This document shows positions 42,130-42,130 of a stretch of 42,130 nt of DNA, piece after piece. The stretch is from Pedosphaera sp. (GTDB taxonomy: Bacteria > Verrucomicrobiota > Verrucomicrobiia > Limisphaerales > SXTU01). A program made the position numbers and the translations under genes. Each line of letters opens with the position of its first letter. Within the stretch, counting starts at the first letter, position 1. The DNA lies in the NCBI GenBank assembly GCA_043731805.1, contig JAYTIO010000293.1, positions 1-42,130 on the forward strand. Reading direction: 5' to 3'. The notes below the pieces were generated by a model. The model had not been told where the DNA came from. It worked only from the letters and a program-made list of their open reading frames with translations, and did no database searches.

Positions 42130-42130
42130 C

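Noticed and set aside
1-42130. CRISPR arrays, rRNA, tmRNA, RNase P, SRP RNA, transposases/IS ends, toxin-antitoxin pairs.
   Set aside because: I found no regularly spaced direct repeats and no recognisable conserved RNA core sequences. No DDE/tyrosine/serine recombinase motifs appear in any frame, and no small two-gene cassettes with TA-like proteins were seen.

Overview
High-GC (~64%) bacterial chromosome segment. The gene content points to the PVC superphylum, most likely Verrucomicrobiota: two DUF1549/DUF1553 (PSCyt2/PSD1) proteins, a PSCyt1 cytochrome-c/WD40 protein, a prepilin-type H-X9-DG-like protein, a Cys-type sulfatase, an FGE-like protein and several Tat/Sec-exported hydrolases. 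I support about 30 protein genes, one tRNA-Pro(GGG), two frame-disrupted genes (MEKHLA, aldo/keto reductase), two rho-independent terminators and several REP-like palindromic repeat families. I found no CRISPR array, transposase, integrase, phage genes or recognisable defence system. Most long ORFs in the six-frame track are antisense or alternate-frame artefacts of the high GC content. The candidates I would look at first are: (1) a five-gene, translationally coupled operon, patatin lipase -> PaaK-type adenylate-forming ligase -> thiolase -> hydratase/HADH -> acyl-CoA dehydrogenase (21959..30569, minus strand). (2) A PVC-specific island (7979..17219) in which a PSCyt1-WD40 gene, a frameshifted MEKHLA gene and an NPP-type phosphodiesterase lipoprotein gene are tightly coupled and flanked by two DUF1549/DUF1553 genes. 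(3) A sensor-less REC-HisKA_3 kinase followed by two tandem paralogous NarL-type regulators with proline-containing, atypical HTH helices (33501..36082). (4) REP-like palindromes, including a 76-bp copy inserted in frame inside a secreted GH42-like ORF. All functional calls rest on motifs read from the translations and on my memory of family consensus sequences. No database search was run.
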